From an uncultured Acidobacteriaceae bacterium (GTDB lineage Bacteria; Acidobacteriota; Terriglobia; Terriglobales; Acidobacteriaceae), in contig CAVXBU010000026.1 of NCBI GenBank assembly GCA_963760175.1, forward strand, positions 29,075-93,074: DNA of 64,000 nucleotides. The letters are read 5' to 3'. Below the pieces are notes generated by a model. The model had not been told where the DNA came from. It saw only the letters and a list, made by a program, of their open reading frames with translations, and searched no databases. Numbering within the stretch: position 1 is the first letter of the stretch; every line of letters begins with the position of its first letter. Positions 51,459 through 62,298 of the stretch are shown in pieces. The position numbers and the translations under genes were made by a program.

Positions 51459-51545
51459 TCGCGCAGTCTAGCACCGTCGGATGCGTGCGGCAAAACCGGG
51501 GCGGGCGCTCCCTTAGACCCTATGTTTCTTTCGAATGTGCATAGA

Positions 51546-52167
51546 TCAGATGACGCACCTCTGGCTCGCCGGCCAATCAGCATGACGGGAGCGAGTGTGC
51601 TCAACCTTTGTAAGCCAGCGGGTCGCTACGATTACGATCCCCAGGATCACTACGCCGGCCGAAACAACGACTTCTGACGACCACTTGGCACGCGCCGGCT
51701 GCATTATCAAGGCGCCGAGAATTGCACCGACACCAAAGCATCCGAGCAACAGCCCATAGCCGATTGCAGTCTTATTCACGCTCCGAGCAACTGTGGGCAG
51801 CAACGCAAAGAGTGCGCTGGAGAAGAACATGACTATGCCGGTTCGAACCACTACGGTGAGGATGGCGGGCGAATGGCGGACGTAGCGAACGGCGGCGACC
51901 GTGGCGCCGGTAAACGTCTCGGGTGGCGTGGTCCGCTTGCGAACCGGCCTTTTCCACCTCGCAACCACCAGAATCACGCCGAAGAAACGACACGAAGTTC
52001 ACTACAAAGGCCGCGGCTACGCCTGCGGCGGCTATGAGTACGCCCGCGAGTGCCGGACCGACCGCTCGGGCCAGATTGAATTCGATCCCGTTAAGCGCGG
52101 AGGCTGGCGCCAGGTCTTCCTTGGGCACGAGTTCAGGAACTGTATCCAGAGTCTTACTTATAACCCG
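51546..52167 (-). pseudogene. Remnant of an MFS (MFS_3 / EntS-like) transporter, truncated at both ends and frameshifted
   Basis: 'VPELVPKEDLAPASALNGIEFNLARAVGPALAGVLIAAAG' is an internal MFS_3 motif. It continues in a second frame (ORF 51546-51977). There is no room for the missing N- and C-terminal TM segments between the neighbouring genes. Confidence 0.65.
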
Positions 52168-52191
52168 TTAACGACACCCGTATGGGACAAG

Positions 52192-53100
52192 CTACCTTTC
52201 GAGGGCTTTGCGATCCCAATTGCCCAGGTTCGCCCCGGCTTCGTATGTCGTTTTGCAAAACTCCAGTAGTGCGGCAGAAGGTGAGTCGGCCTGCCGAACG
52301 TTTTCGTACATCAGGATGAATTCGCCGATCTGCTTTTCATAGTAGGCTGCACCCGGCCGCACCGGAGCTTCTTTAAAACCCGGCGGCTCAGGGGAGGTGT
52401 AGGAATAGAAGGCTGCATCTTTGACCCCGCCACCGCCGGGCCAGAAGCCGACGCTGCTCACTTCGTGGGAGTAAGCTTCTCGGGTGACGGCGTCGGCTCC
52501 GGGTCGTTCGGGGGCACGGCGGCCCGAAAAGCGTGAGACCGCAAGGTCGAAGCTCCCCCAAAAGAAGTGCACCGGACTGCACTTGCCGATGAATTCCGAC
52601 CGGAATTGGCTGAATACCGCGGCCACCGATAACAGAATGCGCCAAAATTTCTCCACCGACGCGGGATCGTACGATGCATGCACGCGATTCTGGTCGAAGG
52701 GAATCGGATCGGGAATTTCGACTGGCATTGGCCAGATTTTGACCGTAATCCCCGCGGAGCGAAGCATTTCCATAAATTCCGCGTAGAAATCGGCTACCGG
52801 GCGAGGCGCCAGCGGGAGCGTCTTCACGATGCCATCACTCGTCTCGAGCACGAGCCGGTGGCTTATGAAGTCAAACCAGAGTTCGAATGCCTTTTGCTCA
52901 TACGGGATTCGCGATGTGGTCAGGCCCCGAGTCGTTACGTACAACGGGACATTCCACCAGTGGTTCACCAACGGCGTCAGCCGCAGCCGAACCTTGCCCA
53001 CCATCTGGGTCCACATATGCAGCGTGGCGCGGGTATCATTCCACGAATCCAGCCGCAGAGCAGGCCAGCATTCCGGTTGATCGGCAAAGGCGTGCGGCAT
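52192..53100 (-). CDS. Conserved hypothetical protein (DUF5996-like, assigned from memory)
   Basis: 'WNDTRATLHMWTQMVGKVRLRLTPLVNHWWNVPLYVT' is the pattern I associate with DUF5996. ATG 53100 is preferred over 53148. Confidence 0.55.
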   Translation of the reverse strand: MPHAFADQPECWPALRLDSWNDTRATLHMWTQMVGKVRLRLTPLVNHWWNVPLYVTTRGLTTSRIPYEQKAFELWFDFISHRLVLETSDGIVKTLPLAPRPVADFYAEFMEMLRSAGITVKIWPMPVEIPDPIPFDQNRVHASYDPASVEKFWRILLSVAAVFSQFRSEFIGKCSPVHFFWGSFDLAVSRFSGRRAPERPGADAVTREAYSHEVSSVGFWPGGGGVKDAAFYSYTSPEPPGFKEAPVRPGAAYYEKQIGEFILMYENVRQADSPSAALLEFCKTTYEAGANLGNWDRKALER

Positions 53101-53246
53101 AGTCCAGTTTCTGATACTGCTTCTGGCGAAACCCATCGCGGCGGCCAAACGGGTCCGCTCCGAATGGAGGCTATTCTATCCCCACGCGAGGGACAAGGGG
53201 GCGCCACGAAAACCAATGTAGCGGGGCGCTCCCGAGTACGAGAGAA

Positions 53247-53807
53247 TCACGCTTTTACCAACTCGACATCGAGTGTGATCGTCACGTCCTCGCCCACCAG
53301 GACGCCGCCGGTTTCGAGCGCCGAGTTCCAGGTCAAGCCAAAATCTTTCCGGTTGATGCGCGTTGTGGCAGACAGTCCGATCCGGGTGTTGCCCCATGGG
53401 TCTTTCATGGGAGCGCTTGGTCCCTCGACCTCAAATACAACATTGCGGGTGACGCCATGGATCGAAAGATCGCCTTCAACCGTCAGTTCGTCAATGCCCG
53501 TCTTCGAAATGCGAGCCGACTTGAAGGTTAAAACCGCGAACTTCTCCACATCTAGGAAGTCCGCGCTCTTCAGGTGGGCATCGCGCTGCGCGTCCCGTGT
53601 GTTAATCGTAGTGGCATCGACTGAGGCCTCGATTCTCGATTTGGTTATGTCCGAGCTGTTTAGCTCTAACTTGCCGGTAACGGCGGTGAACTCGCCCTTC
53701 ACGTTCGAGATCATCATGTGCTTGACCTTGAACTGGGCATGGGAGTGAACGGGGTCAATGTTCCAGGTTGCGGTAGCGGTTACTTCGGGTGCGGTGATCG
53801 TGCTCAT
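53247..53807 (-). CDS. YceI-family (polyisoprenoid-binding) protein
   Basis: 'WNIDPVHSHAQFKVKHMMISNVKGEF' is the YceI signature. AGGAGG precedes ATG 53807. Confidence 0.85.
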   Translation of the reverse strand: MSTITAPEVTATATWNIDPVHSHAQFKVKHMMISNVKGEFTAVTGKLELNSSDITKSRIEASVDATTINTRDAQRDAHLKSADFLDVEKFAVLTFKSARISKTGIDELTVEGDLSIHGVTRNVVFEVEGPSAPMKDPWGNTRIGLSATTRINRKDFGLTWNSALETGGVLVGEDVTITLDVELVKA

Positions 53808-54016
53808 AGTGAATCCTCCTCTGCATACAGATGCTCGTGATAACGACAAATATGCAAAAATAATTATCCGGCCTTTTTAAACTGCGGTTTTCGCTCCAAT
53901 CAAACTGCTTCTACAATCAGAGACCTCGTTCTCACATCAAAGTCGTCTGGGATGAAGGCGGACCGCCCCAGCCAAACCGTTGAATCCGCCATTTCTATCG
54001 CCGCATCGAAAACCAC

Positions 54017-54811
54017 ATGGATCTACAACTGAACGGCAAACGCGCCGTGGTGACAGGAAGCACGGCTGGTATCGGTTTTGCAATTGCAGAAGCGCTCGCC
54101 AACGAAGGCGCTTCCGTTGTTGTAAATGGCAGGACCGAACAGCGGGTCAACGAAGCGATCAGCAAGCTCCGGGCCTCCGGCGTTCGAGGGCGGGTGGAGG
54201 GGATGGCCGCCGACGTCGGAACGGCTGAAGGAACGCGGAAACTCACGAATGGCTTTCCGGACGCGGACATCCTGGTAAACAACGCGGGCATCTTTGAAGT
54301 AAAGCCGTTTGAGCAGATCGGCGACGATGACTGGAAACATTTTTTCGAAGTTAACGTCTTGAGCGGAGTGCGTCTTAGCCGTCATTACCTTCCTGGAATG
54401 AAAAAGCGCAATTGGGGGCGGATTGTGTTCATTTCGAGCGAAAGCGCAGTGCAGATTCCGGCCGAGATGATTCACTACGGAATGACTAAGACGGCGCAGC
54501 TCGCCGTCTCGCGGGGCCTGGCCGAAACGACGGCCGGGACCAATGTGACGGTCAACTCAGTCCTGCCGGGTCCGACGGCGTCCGAAGGTGTGGAGAGGTT
54601 TGTCGGCGAGCTTGCAGCCCAGCAGAAGACCGACGCCGGAGCCGTGGAAAAAGAGTTCTTTCGCACCATGCGCCCCTCGTCGCTGTTGAAGCGCTTTGCT
54701 AAACCCGAGGAAGTTGCCGCGCTGGTCGCATTTGTGTGCAGTCCCCTGTCCTCGGCGACAAATGGGGCAGCCCTGCGCGCGGATGGCGGGGTCGTGCGAT
54801 CGATTCTGTGA
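54017..54811 (+). CDS. SDR-family oxidoreductase
   Basis: 'VVTGSTAGIGFAIA' TGxxxGxG, 'NNAG', and 'YGMTKTA' YxxxK. Confidence 0.9.
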   Translation: MDLQLNGKRAVVTGSTAGIGFAIAEALANEGASVVVNGRTEQRVNEAISKLRASGVRGRVEGMAADVGTAEGTRKLTNGFPDADILVNNAGIFEVKPFEQIGDDDWKHFFEVNVLSGVRLSRHYLPGMKKRNWGRIVFISSESAVQIPAEMIHYGMTKTAQLAVSRGLAETTAGTNVTVNSVLPGPTASEGVERFVGELAAQQKTDAGAVEKEFFRTMRPSSLLKRFAKPEEVAALVAFVCSPLSSATNGAALRADGGVVRSIL

Positions 54812-54992
54812 GTCGGTTGAAATTTCTCAACCGATGAAGCTATCTAGGGCGTGTTGCTTTATAACGCTGTGATGCCGATCCAATCTTTTCTCGTTCACCA
54901 AGGATGCAGGCGCTCAACCGCCGGGCATATCATGTCATCCACCCCGCTTGCGGGAGTACAACTCTTAGTTTCACGAAAGGAAGGCCACTCCC

Positions 54993-56444
54993 TTGAGACT
55001 CAGTTCCGAACACCGCCGCGTTTTCCTGTTGGCCGGAGTCTTGATTTGTGGAGCAGCAACGTCCCTTGCGCAAACCGAGGCCACACCCGGTCCGAGCACG
55101 CCTGGCCAGGAAATTCCCGGAACAGGCGGGGTGAGCCGTTTCGCAGGCAGCGTGCCGGCAAAACTCGTTCCGGGAAATCTTTCGCTTTCGTTGCAGGACG
55201 CCATCGACCGCGGATTGAAACAAAATCTCGGACTGCTGCTTTCGAATGCGGACATTCGCTCGGCCCGAGGAGAGCGCTGGGAGCAGCTAAGTGCTCTCCT
55301 GCCACACGTGACGGCGTCGCCTTATATAGCGGAGTCGAAGATTAACGTGGATGAACTCGGCTTTTCCGGTCTCGCCACGCTCTTACATATTCCGCCATCG
55401 GTTGGCCCCTTCTCTTACTTTGACGCGCGCGCAGCTCTGACTCAAAGGCTGTTCGATTGGAAGTCAATCAACGCCACCCGCGCCGCTAACCAGAGTTTGA
55501 AATCGGCCAGCTATACCTTTAAGGATGCTCGCGATCTGGTTGTGCTAGCCGTGGGCTATACATACTTGCAAGCCATTGCCGACGAGGCCCGCATTGAAAC
55601 GGCGGAAGCGCAGGTCAAGACGGCGCAGGCGCTCTACGATCAGGCTGCCGACCAGGTGACCGCCGGCACTTCGCCCGACATCGACGGCCTGCGCACCAAA
55701 GTCGAACTCCAGACTCGGCAGCAACAGTTGATCCAGGCAAGGAACAACTTCGCGATCCAGAAGTTGACCGTGGCGCGCGTGATCGGCTTGGCGCCAGGGC
55801 AGGAGTTCGAATTTGCGGACAAGTCACCGTACCAGCCGTTCGAAGACATCACCGTCGATGAGGCGCTGAAGCGCGCATACGCATCGCGTTCCGATTACCA
55901 GGCGGCCATGACCGACGTACGCGCCGCCGAATTCTCGCGGAAGGCCGCGCTGGGCGGCTATCTCCCGTCGCTTTCCGTGGACGCGGATTATGGGTTGGGA
56001 GGTTCGCATCCCTCCACGGCAACGCCGGTAGCCGACGTGCGCGGAACGCTGTCGATTCCGATCTTTCAGGGCGGCGCGGTTCACGGCGATGTTTTGCAGG
56101 CCGATGCGAGACTGGAGCAAAGCCGCGAGCGCCTGGAGAATCTGCGTGGACAGATCGACTCCGATGTGCGCGCGGCGTTGCTGAACCTGCAATCGTCGGC
56201 GCAGCAAGTGGATGTGGCGCGAAGCAACATCGATTTGGCGGAACAGACGCTGACCCAGTCGAGCGATCGTTTCCGCGCGGGTGTCACCGATACCGTGGAA
56301 GTGGTGCAGTCGCAAGAACTGGTCGCGAGCGCCCACGAACAGTACATATCGAGTTTGTACAACTATAATTACGCCAAAATTTCACTGGTTCGCGCTCTGG
56401 GACTTGCTGAGCAGGGCGTCAAGGAGTATTTGAAAGGAAAATAA
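54993..56444 (+). CDS. TolC-family outer-membrane efflux protein
   Basis: Signal peptide (VFLLAGVLICGAATSLAQ). Two OEP repeats with typical coiled-coil segments. It is the first gene of the efflux operon. Confidence 0.85.
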   Translation: MRLSSEHRRVFLLAGVLICGAATSLAQTEATPGPSTPGQEIPGTGGVSRFAGSVPAKLVPGNLSLSLQDAIDRGLKQNLGLLLSNADIRSARGERWEQLSALLPHVTASPYIAESKINVDELGFSGLATLLHIPPSVGPFSYFDARAALTQRLFDWKSINATRAANQSLKSASYTFKDARDLVVLAVGYTYLQAIADEARIETAEAQVKTAQALYDQAADQVTAGTSPDIDGLRTKVELQTRQQQLIQARNNFAIQKLTVARVIGLAPGQEFEFADKSPYQPFEDITVDEALKRAYASRSDYQAAMTDVRAAEFSRKAALGGYLPSLSVDADYGLGGSHPSTATPVADVRGTLSIPIFQGGAVHGDVLQADARLEQSRERLENLRGQIDSDVRAALLNLQSSAQQVDVARSNIDLAEQTLTQSSDRFRAGVTDTVEVVQSQELVASAHEQYISSLYNYNYAKISLVRALGLAEQGVKEYLKGK

Positions 56445-56446
56445 AC

Positions 56447-57685
56447 ATGGCGGAAGAAAACCTCCATTCAGTGCCTGAGACAGGAAAAGAATCCCCGGTC
56501 GAGTACACGCCGCCAGCGCGCCGGAAACCCACGCGACGCCGAAACATCGTGATTCTGGCGGTTGTCGTGGTGGTGCTTGTCGGCGGAGTGTTCTTGTGGC
56601 GCTACCTAAGCAGCTACGAATCGACCGACGATGCCCAGGCGGACGTTCACCTCTATCCGGTCAGCGCGCGCGTTTCCGGTTACGTGGTGCGAGTCAACGT
56701 CGACGACAATCAATGGGTGGAGAAAGGCACGGTGCTGGTGGAGATTGACCCGAAGGACTATGAGGTTGCGGTCGCGCAGGCGCAAGCCAATCTCGCCAAC
56801 GCCGAAGCGACGGCTCAGTCGCTGAATATCACGGTTCCGATTACTTCAGTAAATAGCTCAAGCCAACTGAGCTTCACTGCGTCCGGCGTCGATGACGCCA
56901 ACGCCGGAGTCATCGCCGCCGAGCGGCAACTGACCGCCGCCCATGCCCAGGTGGAAGCCGCCGAGGCAAACGATGTGAAAGCGCAAGACGATCTCCACCG
57001 CTACAAACTGCTGGTCGACAAACGGGAAGTATCGCAACAAATCTACGATCAAGCGTTGGCCGCGGCTAAATCCAGCACCGCGACGGTGGCGGCAGACCGC
57101 GCCAATGAGTCCGCAGCGCAGCAGTTCGTCCAGCAGGCCCGAAGCCGCCTGGCGCAAGCCGACGCGAACCACCAATATGCCGAAACCGGGCCGCAGCAAG
57201 TGTCATCGACCCAGGCTCGCGCGCGCGCTGCGGTCGCGGATGTTGAGCAAAAGCGCGCCCTGCTCGAGCAGGCCGAACTTAATCTCGGATACACGAAAAT
57301 CGTCGCTCCAGTCACCGGTGAAGTGAATAAGACGGTAGTGGTTGGGATGAACGTTCAAGATGGACAGCAACTCCTCACCGTGGTGCCCCTCGATGAAGTG
57401 TGGGTTACCGCCAATTTTAAAGAGACGCAGCTGCGGCACATGCGAGTTGGACAGAGAGCGGAAATCAATGTTGATTCGAGCGGCCGGACTTTAAAAGGCC
57501 ATGTGGACAGCATCGCGGGGGCAACGGGCCCGCTGTTCAGTTTACTTCCGCCAGAGAATGCCACCGGAAACTACGTGAAAATTGTCCAGAGGATTCCGGT
57601 AAAAATCGTCCTCGAACAGGGCGAGAACAAGGACCGACGGCTGCGGCCGGGCATGAACGTGGTGCCCGACGTATACCTCAAATGA
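56447..57685 (+). CDS. HlyD/EmrA-family membrane fusion protein
   Basis: N-terminal TM anchor. 'TDDAQADVHLYPVSARVSGYV ... V..G..L..iD' lipoyl-like motif, a long coiled coil, and a 'GNYVKIVQRIPVKI' C-terminal motif. Confidence 0.9.
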   Translation: MAEENLHSVPETGKESPVEYTPPARRKPTRRRNIVILAVVVVVLVGGVFLWRYLSSYESTDDAQADVHLYPVSARVSGYVVRVNVDDNQWVEKGTVLVEIDPKDYEVAVAQAQANLANAEATAQSLNITVPITSVNSSSQLSFTASGVDDANAGVIAAERQLTAAHAQVEAAEANDVKAQDDLHRYKLLVDKREVSQQIYDQALAAAKSSTATVAADRANESAAQQFVQQARSRLAQADANHQYAETGPQQVSSTQARARAAVADVEQKRALLEQAELNLGYTKIVAPVTGEVNKTVVVGMNVQDGQQLLTVVPLDEVWVTANFKETQLRHMRVGQRAEINVDSSGRTLKGHVDSIAGATGPLFSLLPPENATGNYVKIVQRIPVKIVLEQGENKDRRLRPGMNVVPDVYLK

Positions 57686-57709
57686 GATTGGTTCGGTGAG
57701 TTTGGTTCA

Positions 57710-59305
57710 ATGGCTGCCGCTGCAATCACCCTCGATCAGGACGTTTGGCACCCCAAGTACAACCCTTGGCTGGTCGCGGTCGTGGTTACCTTGGCGGCGT
57801 TCATGGAGGTGCTCGACACCAGCATCGCCAACGTAGCGTTGCCCTACATTGCGGGAAATCTGGCGGCAAGTAACGATCAAAGCACTTGGGTATTGACGTC
57901 TTATCTGGCCTCTAACGCCATCATCCTGCCGATGGGCGGATGGCTCGCCGGCACCTTCGGACGCAAGCGTTTCTTCATGGCCTGTTTGGCCGTCTTTACG
58001 GTGAGTTCTTTGCTCTGCGGGACCGCACCGAGCCTCGGATTTCTTCTTTTCTTCCGAGTGCTGCAAGGTGCTGGCGGCGGCGGGCTGCAGCCTATGGCCC
58101 AAGCCATTCTGGCGGATACTTTTCCTCCACAACAGCGGGGCTTGGCGTTTGCGCTGTATGGCATTACCGCCATCATGGCGCCCACCATCGGTCCAACTCT
58201 GGGGGGATGGATCACCTTCAACTATTCCTGGCGCTGGATTTTTTTCATCAATGTTCCGGTCGGGCTGGCCACCTTTTTTCTGGTACAGCACTTTGTCGAG
58301 GATCCACCCTACTTAGCCAAGCTCAAGTCGGCTGGGGTCAAGCTGGATTACATCGGCATCGCTTTCCTGGCAATCGGGATCGGGGCGCTGCAGATCTTGC
58401 TCGACAAGGGCCAGGAAGATGATTGGTTCGGATCGCGCTTCATCACGACTTTGATTGTGGTCTCGGCCGTATGCCTGATCTCGCTGGTGATCTGGGAGTG
58501 GTTTCAAAAGTCTCCGATCATCGACGTACGCATGTTTAAGAACTTCAACTTTGCGAGTTCGAGCTTGATGATGTTTATGTTTGGAGTCATGCTGTTCAGC
58601 AGCCTGGTCCTGATGCCGCAATTCCTGCAGACGCTCTTGGGCTATACCTCCGAACTGGCGGGAATTGCGCTTTCGGCAGGCGGTCTGCTTGTACTGATTG
58701 AGATGCCGATTATGGGCCAATTGACGAGGAAGATCCAAGCGCGGCGCCTGATCGCCTTCGGTTGGCTGGCTCTCTCGATCTCCATGTACTATTCCACCCA
58801 GCGGATCGATCTGCAGATCAGCTTTGCCTCAGCAACATGGTTGCGTGTCGAGCAAGTGATTGGCATTGGATTCCTGTTCGTGCCTATCACGCTGGCAGCT
58901 TATGTCGGAGTTGCTCCGGAAAAGAACAACGCAGTCGCGGGAATTATCAACTTTATGCGCAATATCGGCAGCAGTGTCGGGACTTCATTGGTCACGACAA
59001 TAATTGCGCGGCGCTCGCAATTCCATCAAGCCAGACTGGTGCAAGATGTCAGGGTCGACAATTTCAATTTTGCTAATTCGGCGAAGGGCCTGGCTCAGCA
59101 CGTGGCTGCATCGGGCATAGCCAAGCCGGACGCGCAAGCTCATGCTTACGCCGTGATTTTTCAATCCTTGCTAAGGCAAGCGTCAACCCTGGCATACATC
59201 GATACGTTTATGGTTCTTTGCGTGGGAGCGGCGATCATGTTCGGTCTCTCTTTTCTCTTGGAGAAGAACGACCCGGGCGCTGGTGGCGTAAGGATGGCGG
59301 AGTAG
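57710..59305 (+). CDS. DHA2-family MFS multidrug efflux transporter (EmrB/QacA type, 14 TM)
   Basis: 'FMEVLDTSIANVALPYIAG' and 'GWLAGTFGRKRFF' are MFS motifs. 531 aa. Confidence 0.9.
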   Translation: MAAAAITLDQDVWHPKYNPWLVAVVVTLAAFMEVLDTSIANVALPYIAGNLAASNDQSTWVLTSYLASNAIILPMGGWLAGTFGRKRFFMACLAVFTVSSLLCGTAPSLGFLLFFRVLQGAGGGGLQPMAQAILADTFPPQQRGLAFALYGITAIMAPTIGPTLGGWITFNYSWRWIFFINVPVGLATFFLVQHFVEDPPYLAKLKSAGVKLDYIGIAFLAIGIGALQILLDKGQEDDWFGSRFITTLIVVSAVCLISLVIWEWFQKSPIIDVRMFKNFNFASSSLMMFMFGVMLFSSLVLMPQFLQTLLGYTSELAGIALSAGGLLVLIEMPIMGQLTRKIQARRLIAFGWLALSISMYYSTQRIDLQISFASATWLRVEQVIGIGFLFVPITLAAYVGVAPEKNNAVAGIINFMRNIGSSVGTSLVTTIIARRSQFHQARLVQDVRVDNFNFANSAKGLAQHVAASGIAKPDAQAHAYAVIFQSLLRQASTLAYIDTFMVLCVGAAIMFGLSFLLEKNDPGAGGVRMAE

Positions 59306-59309
59306 TGAT

Positions 59310-59423
59310 GAGGTCGGAGGTTAGAGGTTAGAGGTCGGATTGCAGAAGCAAAGGTCCTGGGGTCGCGTCTCCATTGCGCCACGGGTTCTAACTTCTGCGA
59401 TCTGACCTCCAGCCTCTGACCTT
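59310..59423. repeat. Long imperfect hairpin built from GAGGTNA-type heptad words
   Basis: Arm 1 is gaggtcggaggttagaggttagaggtcggattgcagaag (59310-59348). Arm 2 is cttctgcgatctgacctccagcctctgacctt (59392-59423). It lies just after the efflux operon stop. Confidence 0.45.
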
Positions 59424-59471
59424 CCCTAAACGCGGCAAATTTCAAACTGACCACTAAACTGGAATTCGGAT

Positions 59472-60113
59472 ATGGCGGCGCACATGATCAAGATCATCAC
59501 CATTGAACGCGAGTACGGAAGCGGCGGCGGCGAAATCGCTCAGCTGCTTGCCAAACAGCTGGGCTGGAAACTTTGGGATCAGTTGCTGACGGAGGAGATC
59601 GCGCGGCTGGCTGATTGTCCCACAGCGGAAGTCGAGTGTCGAGAGGAACGAACTGATCCTCTGTACTACCGGCTCTTTAAATCGTTCTTGCGCGGAAGTT
59701 ATGAAGGCAGCCTCAATGCGCACAAGCTCAAGCTGGTCGACAGCGAGTGCATTTTGACGTTTACGCAACAGGTTGTTCAGCAGGCGGCGAAGGCCGGAAA
59801 CTCTGTCATCGTCGGGAGAGGGTCGCAGCAGATTCTCAGGAACCGCCAAGACACGTTGCGTGTGTTTCTTTACGCTCCGAGAGAAGATAAGGTCCGGCGC
59901 CTGTTGGCTCGCGGCAAGACTGAGGAGGAAGCCGAACAACTGGTGGATACGGTGGATCGGGAGCGCGTCGACTTCATCCAGAAGTATTTCCACGTCGAAT
60001 GGCCGGACCGCGCCATTTACCACACCATGATCAATACCACTATCGGCGATGAGGCCGTCGTGCGCATGATTCTGGATTTTATGAAAACCCTCGAGGCAAA
60101 GAGTACTGCCTGA
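59472..60113 (+). CDS. Cytidylate-kinase-like family protein
   Basis: 'IITIEREYGSGGGEIAQLLAKQLGW' P-loop-like N-terminus and the 'RERVDFIQKYF' pattern of the cytidylate-kinase-like family. Confidence 0.75.
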   Translation: MAAHMIKIITIEREYGSGGGEIAQLLAKQLGWKLWDQLLTEEIARLADCPTAEVECREERTDPLYYRLFKSFLRGSYEGSLNAHKLKLVDSECILTFTQQVVQQAAKAGNSVIVGRGSQQILRNRQDTLRVFLYAPREDKVRRLLARGKTEEEAEQLVDTVDRERVDFIQKYFHVEWPDRAIYHTMINTTIGDEAVVRMILDFMKTLEAKSTA

Positions 60114-60115
60114 TT

Positions 60116-62140
60116 TCACCGAGTCTCTGCCCGGGGTCGACATAAGACCACAATCGATCTTGGAGCCAGTAGGTATTTCGTCTGCTCTAAAGGGATTCCG
60201 TCGTCCGAGAAATCATCTGGACTGGGCAAAGCGGTGTCCACGATTCTCTTCCACTCCTGGGCTGTTCCCTCCTGCACATTGAACTCCAACTCTTCCCAGT
60301 ACGCATTGATCATTGCGTAGATGTCGTCATCATCTTGAGAAGCGCCGTGCAGGCAGAATGCCAGGCTGTGCGAGTCGTTGGAAAAATCGACCGTGGGGCC
60401 GACGCCGTACCAGGAAACATCCTCCCGCCAGAACCTGCTCCGGCTCAGCGAGGGATGATTTTTTCGGAACGCAATCATCTTCTTGAAGAACTGGAAAATG
60501 TCCTTATTGGATTGGAGTTGACTCCAATCCAGCCATCCAATTTCGTTGTCCTGGTTATAGGGATTGTTGTTGCCAAATTGGGTATTCAGGAACTCGTCCC
60601 CAGCTCGAAACATCGGCGTACCGTTAGATAAGAAGAGCAGACAGCAGAAATTCTTTACCTGCTGCCGGCGCAATGCGCGGACTGCCGCGAGAGACGCCTT
60701 CATCCCCTTCCTGCCCACAATTCCAACTGTAGTTCGCGTCAGTGCCATCCTGATTATTATTTCCGTTTTGCCAGTTGTGCTTGCGGTCATAGGAGACAAG
60801 ATCGTAGAGCGTGAAGCCGTCGTGGGAAGTTACATAATTCACACTCTGATATGCGTGATAAGCGTCGGCGCGGCTGTCTGGAAACAAATCATCGCTGCCA
60901 TAGATACGTCGCATCACATCGGGAACCATCCCTGTGTCGCCCTTAACAAAACGACGAACGTCATCGCGAAACCGTCCGTTCCACTGCAGCCAGGTCAATC
61001 CCGGAAATCCGCGCCCGAGCTGATAAGCGGCTGTGTCCCAAGGCTCTGCGATCAGACGCACCCGCCCTAATTCCGGGTCCGCGGCAATTTCACTGAAGAT
61101 GGGCGCTTCGCCCCAGTTGAGAGATCCGTCTGCATTGCGGCTGAATACCGACGCCAGATCAAAGCGGAATCCGTCGATATGCATCCCTCGCTTCCAATAA
61201 CGCAGACTGTCAATCACCATCTTGCGCACATGTGCCTGGCCGAAATTCAAGGTATTGCCGGTGCCGGAGTAATTGGCGTAGGGGTTTGCCGGATCGGAGG
61301 AAAGCATGTAATAACCGGCGCTGTCGAAACCCTTGAAGCTGTAGATCGGCCCTTTGTAGTCGCCCTCGCAAGTGTGGTTGTACACGACGTCCAGCACCAC
61401 GCCGATATCAGCCTGATGAAAAGCTTTCACCATATTCTTGAATTCAAGATGCTGCTCATCAGCACGGTGTGTGCTCGCGTACTGAGCATGCGGCGCGAAG
61501 AAATTCAAAGGCATATAGCCCCAGTAGTCGCCTTCTTGTGGATCACGCTGAAAAACCGGCATCAGTTCTACAACCGTCACCCCGAGTTCCTTTAAATAGG
61601 GGATCTTTTCCACGAGACCGGCGTATGTGCCGGCACGCGATGGGTCGACACCTGAGTTTGGGTTCTTGGTGAAACCTCTAACGTGAAGTTCGTAGATGAC
61701 TGCATCCGACTCATGATACGGAGGCCGAACCCCCGACCAGTCAAATGTCGATCGGTGATCAATCAGCACTCCCAAAGGCGCGCTGCCTGCATTGGATCCT
61801 TCTCGCATGGCCAAGTTCCGATCAAAACCGGGTGGAAAGAAAATGCACTTCGCGTACGGATCGAGGAGAACCTTCTGCGGGTCGAAACTATGGAGTTGAG
61901 GAATGGTCTCCCTGAGACGGAGTATGCGTAATAGCGAGCCTCAGCCATCTTTGTGACTGGGACGCGGCAGTGCCAAATCTGCCCCGACTTGTTGTGCAAA
62001 AAATCCAATTGAAGCCTGAGAAGAGGATTCACCAGATCGGCTGGAGAATAGAGCAATAGAGTGACGCTCTCCGCATGTTCCGAGTGAACGGCAAAATTGA
62101 ACGCTTGCTCCTCTTCGATCCACGTGACGCCAAGTGGCAA
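60116..62140 (-). pseudogene. glgX: Glycogen debranching enzyme GlgX (isoamylase, GH13), two frame breaks as assembled
   Basis: CBM48-like N-terminus (PLGVTWIEEEQAFNFAVHS). Catalytic 'VVLDVVYNHT', 'GFRFDLAS', 'IAEPWD' and 'YVTSHDGFTL'. C-terminal 'GTPMFRAGDEF..TQ.GNNNPYNQDNE'. Breaks lie at the C3 run 61910-61912 and near 60700. Confidence 0.85.
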
Positions 62141-62298
62141 TGGGTTGCCCTCGGCTTGCTCCCAAGTCGGTCGTTTCGACGAGTGGAGCCGCAGCGGTGT
62201 TGGCAGCCTGGCCGGATCACCGTGCTGGCGAGCACATCAACGCTTGAACTTTTCACTGCTCCTCTCTTTCATTCACTCCAGCCGCTCCTTTCTCGCTC

